A stretch of 64,000 nt of DNA from Camelus ferus (lineage: Eukaryota). Shown one piece after another: positions 42,105 through 54,819 of the stretch (position 1 is the first letter of the stretch; each line of letters starts with the position of its first letter). The DNA is taken from positions 94,366,001 to 94,430,000 of the forward strand of contig NC_045697.1 in assembly GCF_009834535.1 (NCBI RefSeq), in the 5' to 3' direction. Under the pieces are notes generated by a model, which was given only the letters and a program-made list of their open reading frames with translations, was not told the DNA's origin and searched no databases. The position numbers and the translations under genes are program-made.

Positions 42105-43345
42105 ATTCATTTATTAATTAATTCATTCAAATCTATTTGTTGAGCAATCTCTCAGTGACAGGCATAGTTCTATACTCTAAGGACAACATGACGAGCAAGA
42201 CAAACTCCCTGTCTTAATGGAGGTAAAATTCTAGCTGAAAATAAACAATGCAAATTCATGTGGAGATAAACTCTGTAACAGACCAGAATGTGGGGTCAGA
42301 AGCAGATGGTGAGGGATGCCATGATGAGTAATGCTGCCAGGAACACTTCTCTGAAGAAGGAACATTTAAGGAGGCAACAGAAGATGGTAAGTAAATGAGA
42401 GATGGATGTTAACAGAGGAATGAGTATCCCAGGGAGAGAGGCCAGGAAGTACAAAAATCTTTCGGGGAGTAAGAGCTTGGCATATTTGAGGAATAACTGA
42501 AAAGTAAGTGGTGCTAGAGCTGAGTGAGGAGGAGAGTGGTGATCAAAGATGGGTTTAGATGTCCTTCCAGGACTTGTGAATGTTTGAGTCTTATTCTAAG
42601 TGTGATGAAAGCTATTGAAAAAATTGGGGCAGGACGGGGGTGCCATGAGCTTATTTATGTATGAAGTTAATAAAAATCTCAAGTTGAATGTTTATGTTAA
42701 CATGTTTATGGGATAGCTATGCAGTCAAGCTCTGGGCAACTGTGTTGGCCCAGGAAGATAATACAAGGTGCTACACTAAACCAAGTGAGAGAATATGATG
42801 GCTGAATTGGGTAGGTCAGGGCAGCATATGGTGGTAAAGAGTGGCCAGACTGGAGATCTTGATAATAAATTTTATGTAGCATAAGAGGGGGGAAAAGAAG
42901 CGTCAATGATATATCTTCCCCTGAGCAACAGAGAGAATGGCAGCAATGCTGTTGAGAAAGTAAACTCTGAGGTTTGGTGAAGACAGTTTGGGGAAGGGAA
43001 TTATGTCTTTATTTTGGACATATTAATTTTGAGTTACCTATCAGTTACCCAAATATGTTTGTTGAACAGGTAGTTCTCTATTAGAATTAAGAACTTAGTG
43101 ACAATCTCTGGTCTGAAGACTTCAAGATTATCAATATAATAAAGATTACATAAAAGAAAAAGAGTGGGTGTGTTCAGAGAAAAATAGATGCCCTCGTGTT
43201 GAGCCCTAGTTTATAACAACTTCAAGTAATTGAAAAGGCTTAGAGAAGGCAGCGGAAGAAATGGAGAAGGAACAACAAATGCAATAGGAAGAAAATCAAA
43301 GCATGAGATGTCTCTAGAGCCAAGTGTATAAATGTTTAAAGAAGT
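42105..43345 (-). mobile_element. Long L2 fragment (continues at ~44060-44160 and ~44652-44830)
   Basis: attcattcaaatctatttgttgagc 3' end, ttattttggacatattaattttgag and agagccaag blocks. Confidence 0.85.
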
Positions 43346-43354
43346 AGGGGTTTT

Positions 43355-44050
43355 CTGCTTCCAGGAGATGGCACACTAGAGGTACAGAGAAAATCCTCTC
43401 AGTGCACATTCTTGTAAGTGATGGACATACTATTTTAAACAAAATTGTTTTCAAGGCAAAACAGAGCAGGTGGTAATGTTAGGGAAACAACCAGATGCCA
43501 GAAATGACAAAAAAGCTGCATTCCACAAACATAAGCTAACACTGGAACTGGTGCTTTTCTTCAAAATATTCTTCTGATCCCTGGTGGCCTGGAGCCTGGT
43601 CTTGAAGAGCATTCTAAGTAGAGGAAGTAAAAATGTAGAATGAGTGGAAAATGGGATCAGAGATCTCTAGATAGTCAAGACCCCAATGGTTGAACTCAGG
43701 GAAAAAAAGCCTCTCAAAAGAAGACTTTCCTGTCTCAGCCTTGTCTTAGGCAAAAGCAGGGGTAATAATGGAGCCTCCTTTGATAAATCCTAATTGTACC
43801 CCAGTAGTCACTCAACTGGTGTCGAATTCTTTGTGTCCTGGAAAGTTGAGAATTGACGTTAACAATTTTTCATAGGGGTGTTATACCATCAGGCTTTAGG
43901 CAAATGGCTGGTGGAAACAACACACAGTTATCTTTTCTCAAAGAACACATTTTAGAAACAGACCTCAATGATATCACACAGAATCAGCAGTTCCAAAGAA
44001 TACGAGCTATCAGAAATATTTTAAAATATCTGGAAACAAACCTTGATGTC
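43355..44050 (+). mobile_element. Probable old L1M/HAL1 5' region inserted in the L2
   Basis: Starts cttccaggagatggc (YY1-type L1 5' start) and interrupts the L2. Confidence 0.45.
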
Positions 44051-44163
44051 AAAGACTGCTGAAAGGTGGGCCACAGTGATGTTGATTACCTCGAGATGAG
44101 TGTTTTCTCTCCAGTTGTGAAGAGGAAACCCTGACAGGAGTGGGTTCCAGAGAGGATGGAGGT

Positions 44164-44651
44164 TGTATGGGTTTCTTATTGCTGCTGCAACAAATCACCA
44201 CAAACCCAGCGGCATCAAAAAAAAAAAAAAAAAGTGTTATGTTACAGTTTGGGAGGTCAGAAGTCCAGAAGGGGTTTCACCGGGCTAACATTAAGGTGTC
44301 AGCAGGGCTGCACTCCTTCCAGAGGCTCTGGGGCAGAATCTCTTTCCTGTCATTCCCAGTTTCTAAGGCTGCCTGCATTCCTCCCCTTCTAGACCCTTTC
44401 TCTGTCTTCAGTGCCTCTGCTTCCATACCTGTATCTCCTTCTCTGCTCCTTCTGCCTCCCTCTTGCATCTTTTTAGTACTCCTTTGATTACATAGGGACC
44501 ACCCAGATAATTCAGGGTAATGTTCTCATCATAAAATACATAACCTAATCATCTCTGTGAAATTCCCTTTTTCCATGTAAGAAAACCTATCCACAAGTTC
44601 CAGGGAGTAGGAAATGGACATGTATGGGGAACCATTATTCTGCCTTCCAAA
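44164..44651 (-). mobile_element. MLT1C/D-type MaLR solo LTR
   Basis: tgtatgggtttcttattgctgctgcaacaaatcaccacaaac ... ccattattctgcct termini and aaggtgtcagcagggctg core. Confidence 0.9.
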
Positions 44652-45158
44652 GACGGTGGAGGAGGTGAAAGAGGATGCCAGAGTCGGAGAATGGTGTAGA
44701 TGGGATAGGACAGTTCATCAAGTGAAGCTTTCAAGAGGGAATTGGGTTATCATGGTAGATTTGGTGCTGGGAAGATGCAGATACAATCTTCTGAATGCTT
44801 CTATTGCTTCTCAGTGAAAGAAAACAAGGTTACTAGTAAAATTTGATATATTATTGAAGTTAGCTTAAAATGGAAAGAGCTAATAGCACTGCTCAAAATA
44901 AATTTACTATCAGGAAACTAAGAACAAAAACAAATTGACATTTGAATTTCCAAATGTTGTATTACAGATGAAATATGGAGCAAATAGTCAGGGACTTGAT
45001 GGAAATGATACTGAAAAATAGAATAGAAGCCAGTCAAGGAATTTTCAATGACCAGCAGAAAGCATCACCTGAATTAAAAGTATAGGACAATAAAGCCAGT
45101 AAGAAATAGAGATGAGCCTGTATCTATCAAAAATGTGAGATGAAAAAAGTAATTGGTC

Positions 45159-45215
45159 CATCAGAAATTAATACAGCATTGTAAATGGACCATACCTCAA
45201 TTAAAAAAAAAAAAA
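45159..45215 (+). mobile_element. Extremely truncated L1 3' tail (~57 bp)
   Basis: cagaaattaatacagcattgtaaatggaccatacctcaatt plus A13. Imperfect TSD aaaaagtaattggtc / aaaaaggaatttgtc. Confidence 0.8.
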
Positions 45216-45679
45216 GGAATTTGTCTTCTAAAGGCCAGAATCTGCAGGTTCATTTACCTCATCTCTGTCTTACATGAAGAACCTAAGCCCTGTTAAATTT
45301 ATCTTCTAAAATATTTTGAGTCAATTTTTATGCCCTAACTCATTCTTATTGCAATATATTTTAGCAAATAAGAATTCTAATTTTGGAGTAAAATATTTAG
45401 AATTAATATCCTGGCTCTGTCATTTACTAACATGGATTTTTGGTACTTTAAGAATATAAGCCATAATAATAATTATTACTATTATCATAAAATAGTAGCA
45501 GTTGTCAATGATGCAATAGTCTTTGTAGTAAGAATAATTAAGTCCCTTTCTTTTATTGTCTGCAATATAACAATTCCCAACTGGTTCTCCAGAATCTTTT
45601 TTATGCTAAACAATAGAGTGTGAACAACTTTTCTTACAACAAAAGCAGCAATAATAATAAAAACATGAAACCCTAGAAT

Positions 45680-45862
45680 GTACTAGAAAATTTATATTAC
45701 AGACATTAATCTAAATACTTGACATTTAGTAATTCATTTAATCCCCTACAAAACACTAATAGTGTTGGGTTAGTACCATTAATATCCCTATTTCCCTGAT
45801 GAGGTATTTGAGGCTTCAAGATGTAAGTAACTCTCCAAGGTCACGCAGCTAATAAGTGACAC
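45680..45862 (-). mobile_element. MIR
   Basis: attcatttaatccc, gatgaggtatttgaggctt and ccaaggtcacgcagctaataagtg blocks. Confidence 0.85.
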
Positions 45863-46135
45863 TACAATCATGGTAGCACCTGTTCTTTCATGAAATGCTT
45901 TAAGAAACAGTCAGTTAAAAGGAAAAGCAAGGTTAGGCTATATGTGATACTTTTGCCTTGACTCCCAAAACAGGAGATCCCTTATACTTCTTTCATTGAC
46001 CTTCAAGATGAAAAAGACTTACAATCATGATCATGAGCCTGTATGGACTTTACGTTTTTGAATTACATGCAGAGAGAAAAGGCATTTCCCCCACTAAAAC
46101 AGCACTAAAGAAACAGAGCGAAGAGATTTCCAATA

Positions 46136-46837
46136 CAGACGGTGCCAGACTTAAGGACAGTTCGACTTGTGATTTTTCAATTTTATGAGGGTGCCAAAGC
46201 CACACATGTTCAGTAGAAACTGTACTTCAAATTTTGAATTTCAATCTTTTCCCAGGCTTCAGATATGTGGTATAATTCTCTCTTGTGATGCTGGGTAGTG
46301 GCAGAGGGCCACAGCTCCCAGCCAGCCACGTGATCACTGTCATGATAAAGAACCCAGATGCTGACAACCATTCTGTTTGTCCTTTCAGTACAGTACTTAA
46401 TACACTAAATGACATAGTCAATGCTTTGTTATAAAACAGGCTTTGTGTTAGAGGATTTTGTACAACTGTAGGCTAAGGTAAGTGTCTGAGCATGTTTAAG
46501 GTAGGCTAAGCTAAATTATGATGCTTCACATGCATTTTTTCTTATTTTTTTATTGAAGTAGTCAGTTTACAATGTTAGTTTCAGATGTACAGCAAAGCGA
46601 TTCAGTTATACACATTCATACATACATATATATTTTTCAGTTTCTTTTCCATTACAGCTCATTACAAGGAATTGAATATAGTGCTACACAGTAGGTCTTT
46701 GCTGTTCCTATTTTATATATAGCAATGTGTATCTGTTAATCCCAATCTCTTCATACATGCATTTTTGACTTAATAATATTTTCAAATCACAATGGGTTTA
46801 TCAGAATATAACCCCATCATAAGTCAAGGAAGATCTA
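46136..46837 (-). mobile_element. MER47/Tigger5-type DNA transposon interrupted by an L1 tail
   Basis: ta|cagacggtgccagactta ... aaccccatcataagtcaaggaagatct inverted ends and tttaaggtaggctaagctaa core. Confidence 0.85.
46540..46754 (-). mobile_element. 5'-truncated L1 3' end nested in MER47
   Basis: Antisense gtacagcaaagcgattcagttataca and gtgctacacagtaggtc. TSD acatgcattttt at 46528-46539 and 46755-46766. Confidence 0.9.
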
Positions 46838-47202
46838 TATTTAGAAGTGCTTAGGTTCCCTTTTCTCCGTATCCTCTCCAGTGTATAAGAAATTGAGCGA
46901 CATCTTGATGTGTGGATTCCACTGCTTGCTAAACTGTATTCTGGGTAATCAGCTTTGATGTGGGAGGAGGCATGGTATCAGACACCTGTGAAGAATGGCT
47001 AAGTAAGGTGTCTTCACAAGAAAACTCTAGGTTTCAAGTAAAATTACAAAATTCTGTGAAAGTAAAAATATTTCTAGGTATTAATAAATTTATTTTCAAG
47101 ATAACTAGATGTCTGATAAAATTATCTGTCTACATGCCAGCGGTTATTACCTCACTGATTCAACTATGTGGCAAAAAAAGGTGCTATTCAGGTTGTATTA
47201 TT

Positions 47203-47289
47203 TTATTTATTTATTTAAAAAATTTTTTATTGAATTATAGTCATTTTACAATGTTGTCTCACATTCCAGTGTAAAGCACAATTTTTCAG
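47203..47289 (-). mobile_element. Very short L1 3' tail
   Basis: Same 3' UTR type as 8083-8313. Exact 16-bp TSD ttcaggttgtattatt at 47187-47202 and 47290-47305; the minus-strand site reads TTTT/AA. Confidence 0.92.
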
Positions 47290-47929
47290 TTCAGGTTGTA
47301 TTATTAAAAGAGATTTCTTAATGCTTGGCGTTTATAGGACTTAACAATATTATCATAGAATTAAAAGTTCAGTTTTACCATACAAATTATAAGTATTTGG
47401 AAAAAGTGATAAACCATCTTCTTTGGGCAGAAGCATAATAAAGATAAATTTACACACTCTGAGGTACGATACATAAAATACTCAGTAGCATTTCTTCAAA
47501 GCATGAGCTATTTGTTCTTATGATCTTTTTATTAAACTTAGCCCAATTATGGGCCAGGCTAGGAGTAGAATTAGGTATTACTGATGTTGATAACTTAGCA
47601 ATGATTTAAATAAAATGGATGAAGATTATGGAAAAAATATTTTGGAGAGAAAAGAACTAATTTTGAATATAGTTAAGTAAACTTTGATTCATTAATTTAT
47701 TTTCAGGAAAGGAAGCAGGCAATGTACTTACCTATCATCTAGTCTACAAAATTGACCAATTAAGGATAACGAAGATATGGAATTAAAAAAAAAAAATCAG
47801 ATTCCAGATATTGATTATTTTGATCTATACTGCCCTCTCTGGAATGCTATATCAAGTAGAGCTATGATACATGAGTTAGAAGCCAAACGCTTCAAACAAA
47901 TATTTGAGGCTCACCATGTCTGTTTCCGA

Positions 47930-48665
47930 TGCTCATTCCCTCTGGCGCCAAATGTAATGCTGGCTTCTACTCCTGCTCCTCAAAAAGAATAATGACTTGA
48001 TTATGTTTCCAATTATCTTCACGTGACTAAATTTAATGGACATTTTCATTTCCATGTCATAATCATTTCAGAATCACTGGACGTTGTTGAGCTGCTTCTT
48101 GAAACCCTCTCTTCATTTGCTTCTAAATCACAACAATCTCCAGTTGCCTTACACATATTTGGTCATCTCTTCTTGTATGAATGATTATACTGCGTTTTGT
48201 TAACATTATGTGTTGCAATTTTTCTGTGGTTGGTTCTAGGCACTCTTCTCTCTCTCTCTTTTTTCCGTAGGCGATCTCTTCCATGTTGATAGCTGCAATG
48301 ATGGCCACATAAAAAGATGAATCCCAAATTCACATCTTCATTACAGACTTCTTTGTTCTGAGTTCTTAGAGCTGTGCATTCAGTAGCTTGCAGGACATAT
48401 TTCTAGTCTTTAATGTTAACTCAAATGTGGCACACATAAATCTGAGGACAAGATAGTCACCTCCAGGCCAATTTTATTTCCAACAATGTATATCTGTGGA
48501 TGTTTCCACCATCCATAGGGTTATGGTTATAAGCATAATATTTACCCTTCAGACCCAAAAGCTTCCTAATGTCTTTTCAAAATAACTGTTTATTTTCATC
48601 TGCACCACCAACATTCCTACCGAGTTATAATCCTCTTTTATTTTGATTATAACAGCTTTTTAATC
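47930..48665 (+). mobile_element. L2 fragment
   Basis: ttcttgaaaccctctcttc and gatgaatcccaaattcacatct blocks. Confidence 0.65.
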
Positions 48666-48704
48666 CAGAATATATGTCTTTATTTATTTTAAACCTTTTT
48701 AAAA

Positions 48705-48910
48705 TTTAATAAGCCCTTATATACTTCCTGTGTGCTGGGCTCTATTCCAAGCATTTAAAAAATATTTACTTACTTAATCTTCAGAGTGACTCTGTAAGAT
48801 ATTTATAATTATTATCTCTACTTTGTAGGTAAGGGCAATGAGGCACAGAGAGTAACTTGTTAAAGGCCACCAAGCAAGGGTTAAGCAGTACATAAAGCCA
48901 GATGGTCTTA
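48705..48910 (-). mobile_element. MIR
   Basis: gtgtgctgggctctattccaagc and tgaggcacagagagtaacttg blocks. Confidence 0.85.
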
Positions 48911-50628
48911 ACTTAATTTTTTATATTGTCTTGTCTTGTTTACTAATGCAGAAAACTTAAGCAACATATTTTTAAATCTCATAGCCAAAAAGTTTTTACA
49001 TTAAGAGTTAGTGTTTAAATTTTCAAATAAGTAATTCCTATTTTATGCCAGACCACTTAGGTGTTTTATGTGCTCATACATGAAACTACGATTGTAATGG
49101 TCTCCAAATCTTTAGAAAAGAGATCAATAGTATAACAGAGTCCATATATCTTCATTTTAGTCATTGTGGATAACCAATGCTTTTGACTCATAGCTTGCAC
49201 AAATTTTTTTAAAGAATTTAATGGGCTGTATATTAGTATCTGCAAAAGCTTTTGAATTTGTTAGTATCCCATTAAGCTGAAATAATTTCATAAATAACTG
49301 AAAATAATTACACATTTTTCTAGGTTTCTTCTCATATCCTTAAAATAAACCAATTAAAATAGGCTATATAATCACCTGAGGTATTAACTTGTTTCATTTT
49401 TGATTTCTGGGGATTTTTGCTTTCCATTAGGAATATTCCAATGGAATAGAATTTTTGCTTTCCATTGTATCCCAACATCTAAACGATTAATTTAACTGTG
49501 CGCATTTCATTGTTCAGGATGCAATATTATGATTGAAATGCAGATCTTAGACACAAGAAAGTCAGAACATTGACCAAACCGTTATACAATTAAATCTACC
49601 TTTCAAAGAAAATGTTTCCTTAAGTAAGAAGACAGTACTAGTGTCTGCGTATTTAAAAGCAGATAAATATTTTCTTTAAGTCCATAGTCACGCAATACAA
49701 TGTGCTTTAGAATTGCAGTATTAACTATTGTTTGGGATAATGAGTTGACACACAGCTCACCGCAGTGTAATCACAGATGAGCTGCTTCAGCAGTGTTACA
49801 GAGACTTTGAAACATCCATGGGAAAATAATAAAAAGACTTGAAACGGGAATAGATTCAACAGGCTCTTGCAGTTAACCTTTAAAAATGCCATCTGAAGCT
49901 ATTGAAAAGAACCAACACAGTACTTTAAGAAAAAGGTGTCATTATGAAATGTTATTCTAAAAAATAGTCCTGATTGAGCTAGTTTTTCTATCTAGTATAT
50001 GTATACATTCATATCTCCAACAAGATGGAAAAGTATTACTTTTCTTAAAATGAAAAATATGAGAAAAAAGTTTGTTGTCTATTCTTATGAAGAACACAAA
50101 TGGTATAGCAGCGATCACCTCCTTTGTCACTATTTCTTTATGTGAGTTTTATTTCAAATATTTTTCTAAGTGTTATGTTCAGTTCCTTGAAATGCAAAAA
50201 AAAAATCACATAATCAAAACTGCTAAAAAGTAACAACACCAGATTGACCTGTTATCTTAAATGTTCTTTGATGAATTAAGGCTGTTCATCCTGCTATTTT
50301 TGAGATTATCTATTAAAAAAAAAACCAGGAACCTAAAAATAACAGAAAATCATTCTGTACCAGAGAATATAAATAGGGTTCATATACGAAGTATGAGAAT
50401 GACAGATATTTTCAACAGGAATATAAATTTAAAACTTTAGAAGGTTTTAGTCACCTTTACCTTGAATGTCATTTGCCTTGCAACACCGGAGACATAGAAG
50501 AGAAAACCAAATATACACGGTAAGAGCAGACATGTATATTTTTTTCTTGAAACTTTAAAATATTTATATTGCTAAATATTTCATATTTAAAGAAAACATG
50601 TATTGTTCTTTCCCCACACATATTATAC

Positions 50629-50756
50629 CTTATTATCTATATGAGGAACAAGACACTTTGAAGGAGCGGTTATCGATGCCATAGCCTTGCTGTCACTGAT
50701 TCTACTTAAATCGTCCAGCACCCACAGGTACAGCCTTATTGTTTGAAACACCAATG
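50629..50756 (-). other. Candidate internal exon (128 nt), possibly coding
   Basis: Acceptor ctctctgttcttttcacttttcatatag and donor AAG|gtataa. Only one frame is open (LVFQTIRLYLWVLDDLSRISDSKAMASITAPSKCLVPHIDNK). Three CpGs retained. Protein not recognised. Confidence 0.35.
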
Positions 50757-51145
50757 CTATATGAAAAGTGAAAAGAACAGAGAGGTTTCCTAGCAACTCC
50801 TGGAATCCTTCTAAAGAAATTCGGTTAAAACCATACAGTACGTGGAGTGGGTGTAAATTAAGAGTATGAAGTTCAGTAGTGGGTTTTCTAATGCCCATTG
50901 TAAAATACAGTAATCTATATAACAGGAGTCAAATTCCTCAAGAAGGAAATCACATCAGAGCTGTAACAGTTTAGACATCATTTAACTAATCCAGCTTAAA
51001 TTCCACTGAGGACGTATAAGCCCAAGTACCAGAAGCAAAGTAACAAAGTACAAAATCAGAGTTAGTAATGCTTAGTGTCCTTACTCTGGGTGTGGACTTT
51101 AAGAAGTGCTTTATCTTTGCCCACTCCTAGCCTCTGTGTGAATGC

Positions 51146-51190
51146 ACACACACACACACAGACACACACACCCCACCACACGCACCAGAT
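51146..51190. repeat. Imperfect (CA)n
   Basis: Directly visible. Confidence 0.85.
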
Positions 51191-51399
51191 ACACGTTGTC
51201 TCGCCTGGAAACTTACTAGTGGAATAAATGCATGTTGATATCTGATTAACCAGTTTTCTGTTTCACATTATACACGTTGCTTTATGAAAACAAAATATAA
51301 TTAAAAGGTAGTTTAAGTAAAGCAATTTAATGGAGAAATTTCTCATTCTCTTAAGCTCTTTAAAGTACAAAAATGCTTTGTGACACATGGCATTTGAAA

Positions 51400-51590
51400 T
51401 AATACTTTTGCTAATGCTTTCATTTGATATTTACAAAACATCTCTGTAATAGTGATTATTTCATAGCCCATTTCACAGACGAAAGAACTAAGTTTAAGAG
51501 AGAGATTAAATGCTTCATTAAAGCTGATTCAGCAAAGAAGCAGTTGAACCAGAATTCCAGATGAGACGTTCTAATTCTGCTTGCCTTCAC
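51400..51590 (-). mobile_element. MIR
   Basis: cccatttcacagacgaaagaactaagtttaagagagattaaatg core. Confidence 0.75.
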
Positions 51591-52074
51591 ATCAATATCT
51601 CCCCAATCTTCACAGAAACATTTAAAATGAAGCTTTAAAAAAGACATATCCATCTTTCTGACTCATGATCAAGGGGTGGTTGAAAGTTGCCAGAGGAATT
51701 CCCACTAAATAAAGTCTGCCTTAACAGCACTGTGGAAAAGTTTGCTCTTGAGGCACTGGAGTCTTGCGAAGTATTACTAGGTAAGAATCATTTTGTGCAT
51801 TTATTAATCTATCCTCAACTATTTTAGAAAAAAAGAAAATGGGAAATTTTAAGGAGTTTTACTAAAAGTATCATAGCCAAGGTAGAGAGAGCAGCAAGCA
51901 ATTAGGTTAAAGACAGTTACTGCAAATAAGTAAAGTGCTAGCCTTACTCTGATTTTCCTAGCAATCCAGGCAAAAAAGTGAAAAAATAAGTATTTATTTT
52001 ACAGACATCTAGCTACTAGGTACAATGTCTACAATATTCTCTCTTTCTGGTACAGAAAACAAATATTAATCAGA

Positions 52075-52250
52075 AGAACATGACACTTATCTGTGTGAAC
52101 TTGGAACATTAATTTAAATTCATTAATCTTTTCTTCTTCAATAAAGAACAGATAATAATACAACTTCTATATGTTAAGACTTTTTGCAGAGTGAAAAGAT
52201 AAATATGAAAGTTATTATAAATAAGTACTAGTCAAAGATATTATGATTAG
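52075..52250 (+). mobile_element. MIR fragment
   Basis: cacttatctgtgtgaacttgg...ataataatacaacttc. Confidence 0.55.
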
Positions 52251-52725
52251 AGTGGCTGCTAAGGGAGGCTTTTATGTTGGAGGGAAAATAGTTAATTCTC
52301 ATTAATAACTATTATATTTATCAGGTTTTGCCTAGATTTCTTATATATTAACTCTTGTGAAATGTTTTGAAATGAGAAATAAGGATAGCCATAGGAGATT
52401 CAAAATGAAATAAGCATATTAAATAGTTCATCCTTTTATTTTTATGAATGTTTTACACTTCCGGGCAAAGGTGTTAAGGCTGGGTGAAGGTATGTAAGAG
52501 AAGATACAGATAAAGCAGAAGGGGATGGAGAGGACTTACAGTGGTTCATACTTGTTTTTTGGTTTGGAAAATAAATGTTAGAGTAGAGATGACCAAGATC
52601 TGTAATTGTTTCTTCCTATCTATTACCCATCTGTCTCTCTACCTACTTAGCATCTCTGTCCACTGATTCATTTATTGTAAAACCAGGAATAACAAGTTTT
52701 TATAGGTCATATTTGTTCTAAACTA

Positions 52726-53449
52726 TGTCAAATAGAAAACATTCAGGATTTAAGTGAGCAGAGGCTTTATGTAAAAGGGCCGTCGCAGGAGAAGGAAAGG
52801 GATGACTGGAGTCGGGGGAAGAAGACTATGGGAGCCGGCAGAACACAGCGACCGGGAAACCTGCAAAAGTCTCCAAAGTTAGGCTGAAAGCAGCTTTTCT
52901 TTTACAGGGAAGAGTGGACAAGACAAGAACAGCAACAGCAAAAGACAAACCAAGAAAGAGCAGGGCGTGGAGAAGTGGGATGAAGGAATGAATGGGTGAC
53001 GGGGGCAGTGACAGGACACTGGATCGGAGAATGTGGACCCGGACACCCGTCAGTTCTTGCAGGCGCTGTGGAGGAGGGCTGTACACCGGCTCAGGTAGGG
53101 GTGAGCCGAAGTTCAGGGGGCTGGGAGAAGCACGCAAGCTTAGCCAAAATTCGTCAAAAAGCATTCTCTTTACACCGATAAGCCAGGGCAAAAGATTGAG
53201 CTAATCCTTTATGAGGAGAAATAATGAGAATTTGGAGGGACTGTCTGCGCCTTGTCACAGGGAGCGTCCCTGAGTCTTACCTAGTTCACGTGGGGAGGGA
53301 TTTCTTTGCAATAAGTAGCTTCCCAGAACATAACAAAGTGGGGACATTTCTGTAACTAGTGCTGTTTTACAGGATCACAAGAATCAAGTAAAGTTGAACA
53401 TTGCCAAGCATGGTCTGTGAGCTAGCTTAAAACCTGATTTTTTTTTACA
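52726..53449 (-). mobile_element. Solo ERV1-class-like LTR (~720 bp), CpG-rich
   Basis: Minus strand starts TGTAAAAA and ends ttttctatttgaCA. TATA-like cctgtaaaag near 52905 and a poly(A)-like cataaa near 52768. Confidence 0.7.
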
Positions 53450-53682
53450 CTCACTTCTTTATTCATCCTGTAATAATAAATGGTATGAATATCAGCTTTG
53501 CCCACTCTTCTTTATGTTCATAGGACTTCAAAATAAAATAATATCCTAGGCACCACACCCTTGATTTTGGTTTACAGAAGCCTTTATATCTTTTTGTGCT
53601 GCGGGAAAAAGCAAATGAAGGCTTTGAAAACATTGCAGTACAGTTCAATACCTGCTATTTGCAGGTTCAATTCTAACCTTAC

Positions 53683-53749
53683 CTGTGCTGCATGGATTTA
53701 GCCCTAAATGTTTACTAAACTCTTTGTTATACATTTGCGATATTTCAAT
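53683..53749 (-). other. Candidate exon (67 nt)
   Basis: Strong donor CAG|gtaagg and weak acceptor gttattttag. Open frame IEISQMYNKEFSKHLGLNPCST, phase-compatible with 50756-50629. Confidence 0.22.
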
Positions 53750-54239
53750 CTAAAATAACTCATCAAGTATTTTGTTTGCTTTTGAATGATGAAGCCACCT
53801 TCATTGACACCTATGGCTTGTTGAATCTTGGTAATGTGAAGACATAAAAATTTGCTAAAAGCAAGACATCTGCTTTCCAGGCTTAAAAAATACATTTTTA
53901 ATAAATTAAATAACATTATTAAAATATATATGTAAAATTATAAAGCCTATATTTTATGACAATTGCCCTATTTTCCTTAAGATGTTTAATGATAGCCTTA
54001 GCCATCCATAATCCTATATTAAGTGAAATTAAGAGGCACACTATATCTATTATCTATTACTGTGAACTATTTAAACTTTGTGAAGATTAGATACAGTTTA
54101 TTTCCTCTTATTTCTATCCTTGGAAATAATGCATTAGAATGGCAAATGAGTTTGATAAAATACTGTAAATCAAATAAACTGCCACAAAGATTCTGGAATA
54201 TTAAAACAGGATGCCAGGAATACTGTTTTCCTATGTCAT

Positions 54240-54455
54240 CATTGTTTACTCCTACACATTTTCTGACCTCAACCCAAATGTCACCTTATCAGAGTGGCTT
54301 TCCGTATCTAACACAGTACACACGCGTTGCATTTAATTGTTCTCGCCTCCCATTAGGAAGGAAGGAGATTCCTTTGTCTGTTTAGTTCACTTTCTTATCC
54401 CAATCATCTAAAAAGTGTCCAGAAACTGTTAGGTGCTTACAGGATTTGTGGAAGA
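54240..54455 (+). mobile_element. L2 3' end fragment
   Basis: caaatgtcaccttatcagag and tttgtctgtttagttcact blocks. Confidence 0.7.
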
Positions 54456-54819
54456 AGTGGCTTTTGCTACACGGTACTGACTAGATTGCAAAGGAATGGG
54501 CAGAAATCCAAGTTTTACTTTCTTTTTTTCATTATTAGCTACACTCTCTCATTTCATATATTCTCAACTTAAAACATTTTTTTTCTCTTACCTATTCTTC
54601 ATTTCCTTTCCTTTTCTTCCCTTTTTCCTGTCTCTCTGTGTTTTGATTCTCTCTGTGATGCTCGCTCTCTCTCTCTCCTCTCTCATTTCCTTTATTGGGT
54701 AGGTTTTTATAACTTTGTGAATTTCCTAAATGTTTTCATACATTTACTCCATTTGTTGATGAAGTTGCTTTTGAAGGATCGGTCCACGGTGTATATATAA
54801 GGCCAATTTAGTCCCAAAA

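Noticed and set aside
44140..44487. 115-aa ORF and overlapping ORFs
   Set aside because: Almost entirely within the MLT1 LTR.
47732..47743. 12-nt minus-strand microexon candidate with a gtaagt donor
   Set aside because: Its open phase does not match the upstream exon candidate, and such motifs are expected by chance.
52826..53204. Overlapping 121-, 70- and 61-aa ORFs
   Set aside because: They lie inside a GC-rich LTR where stops are rare, with no domain signal.
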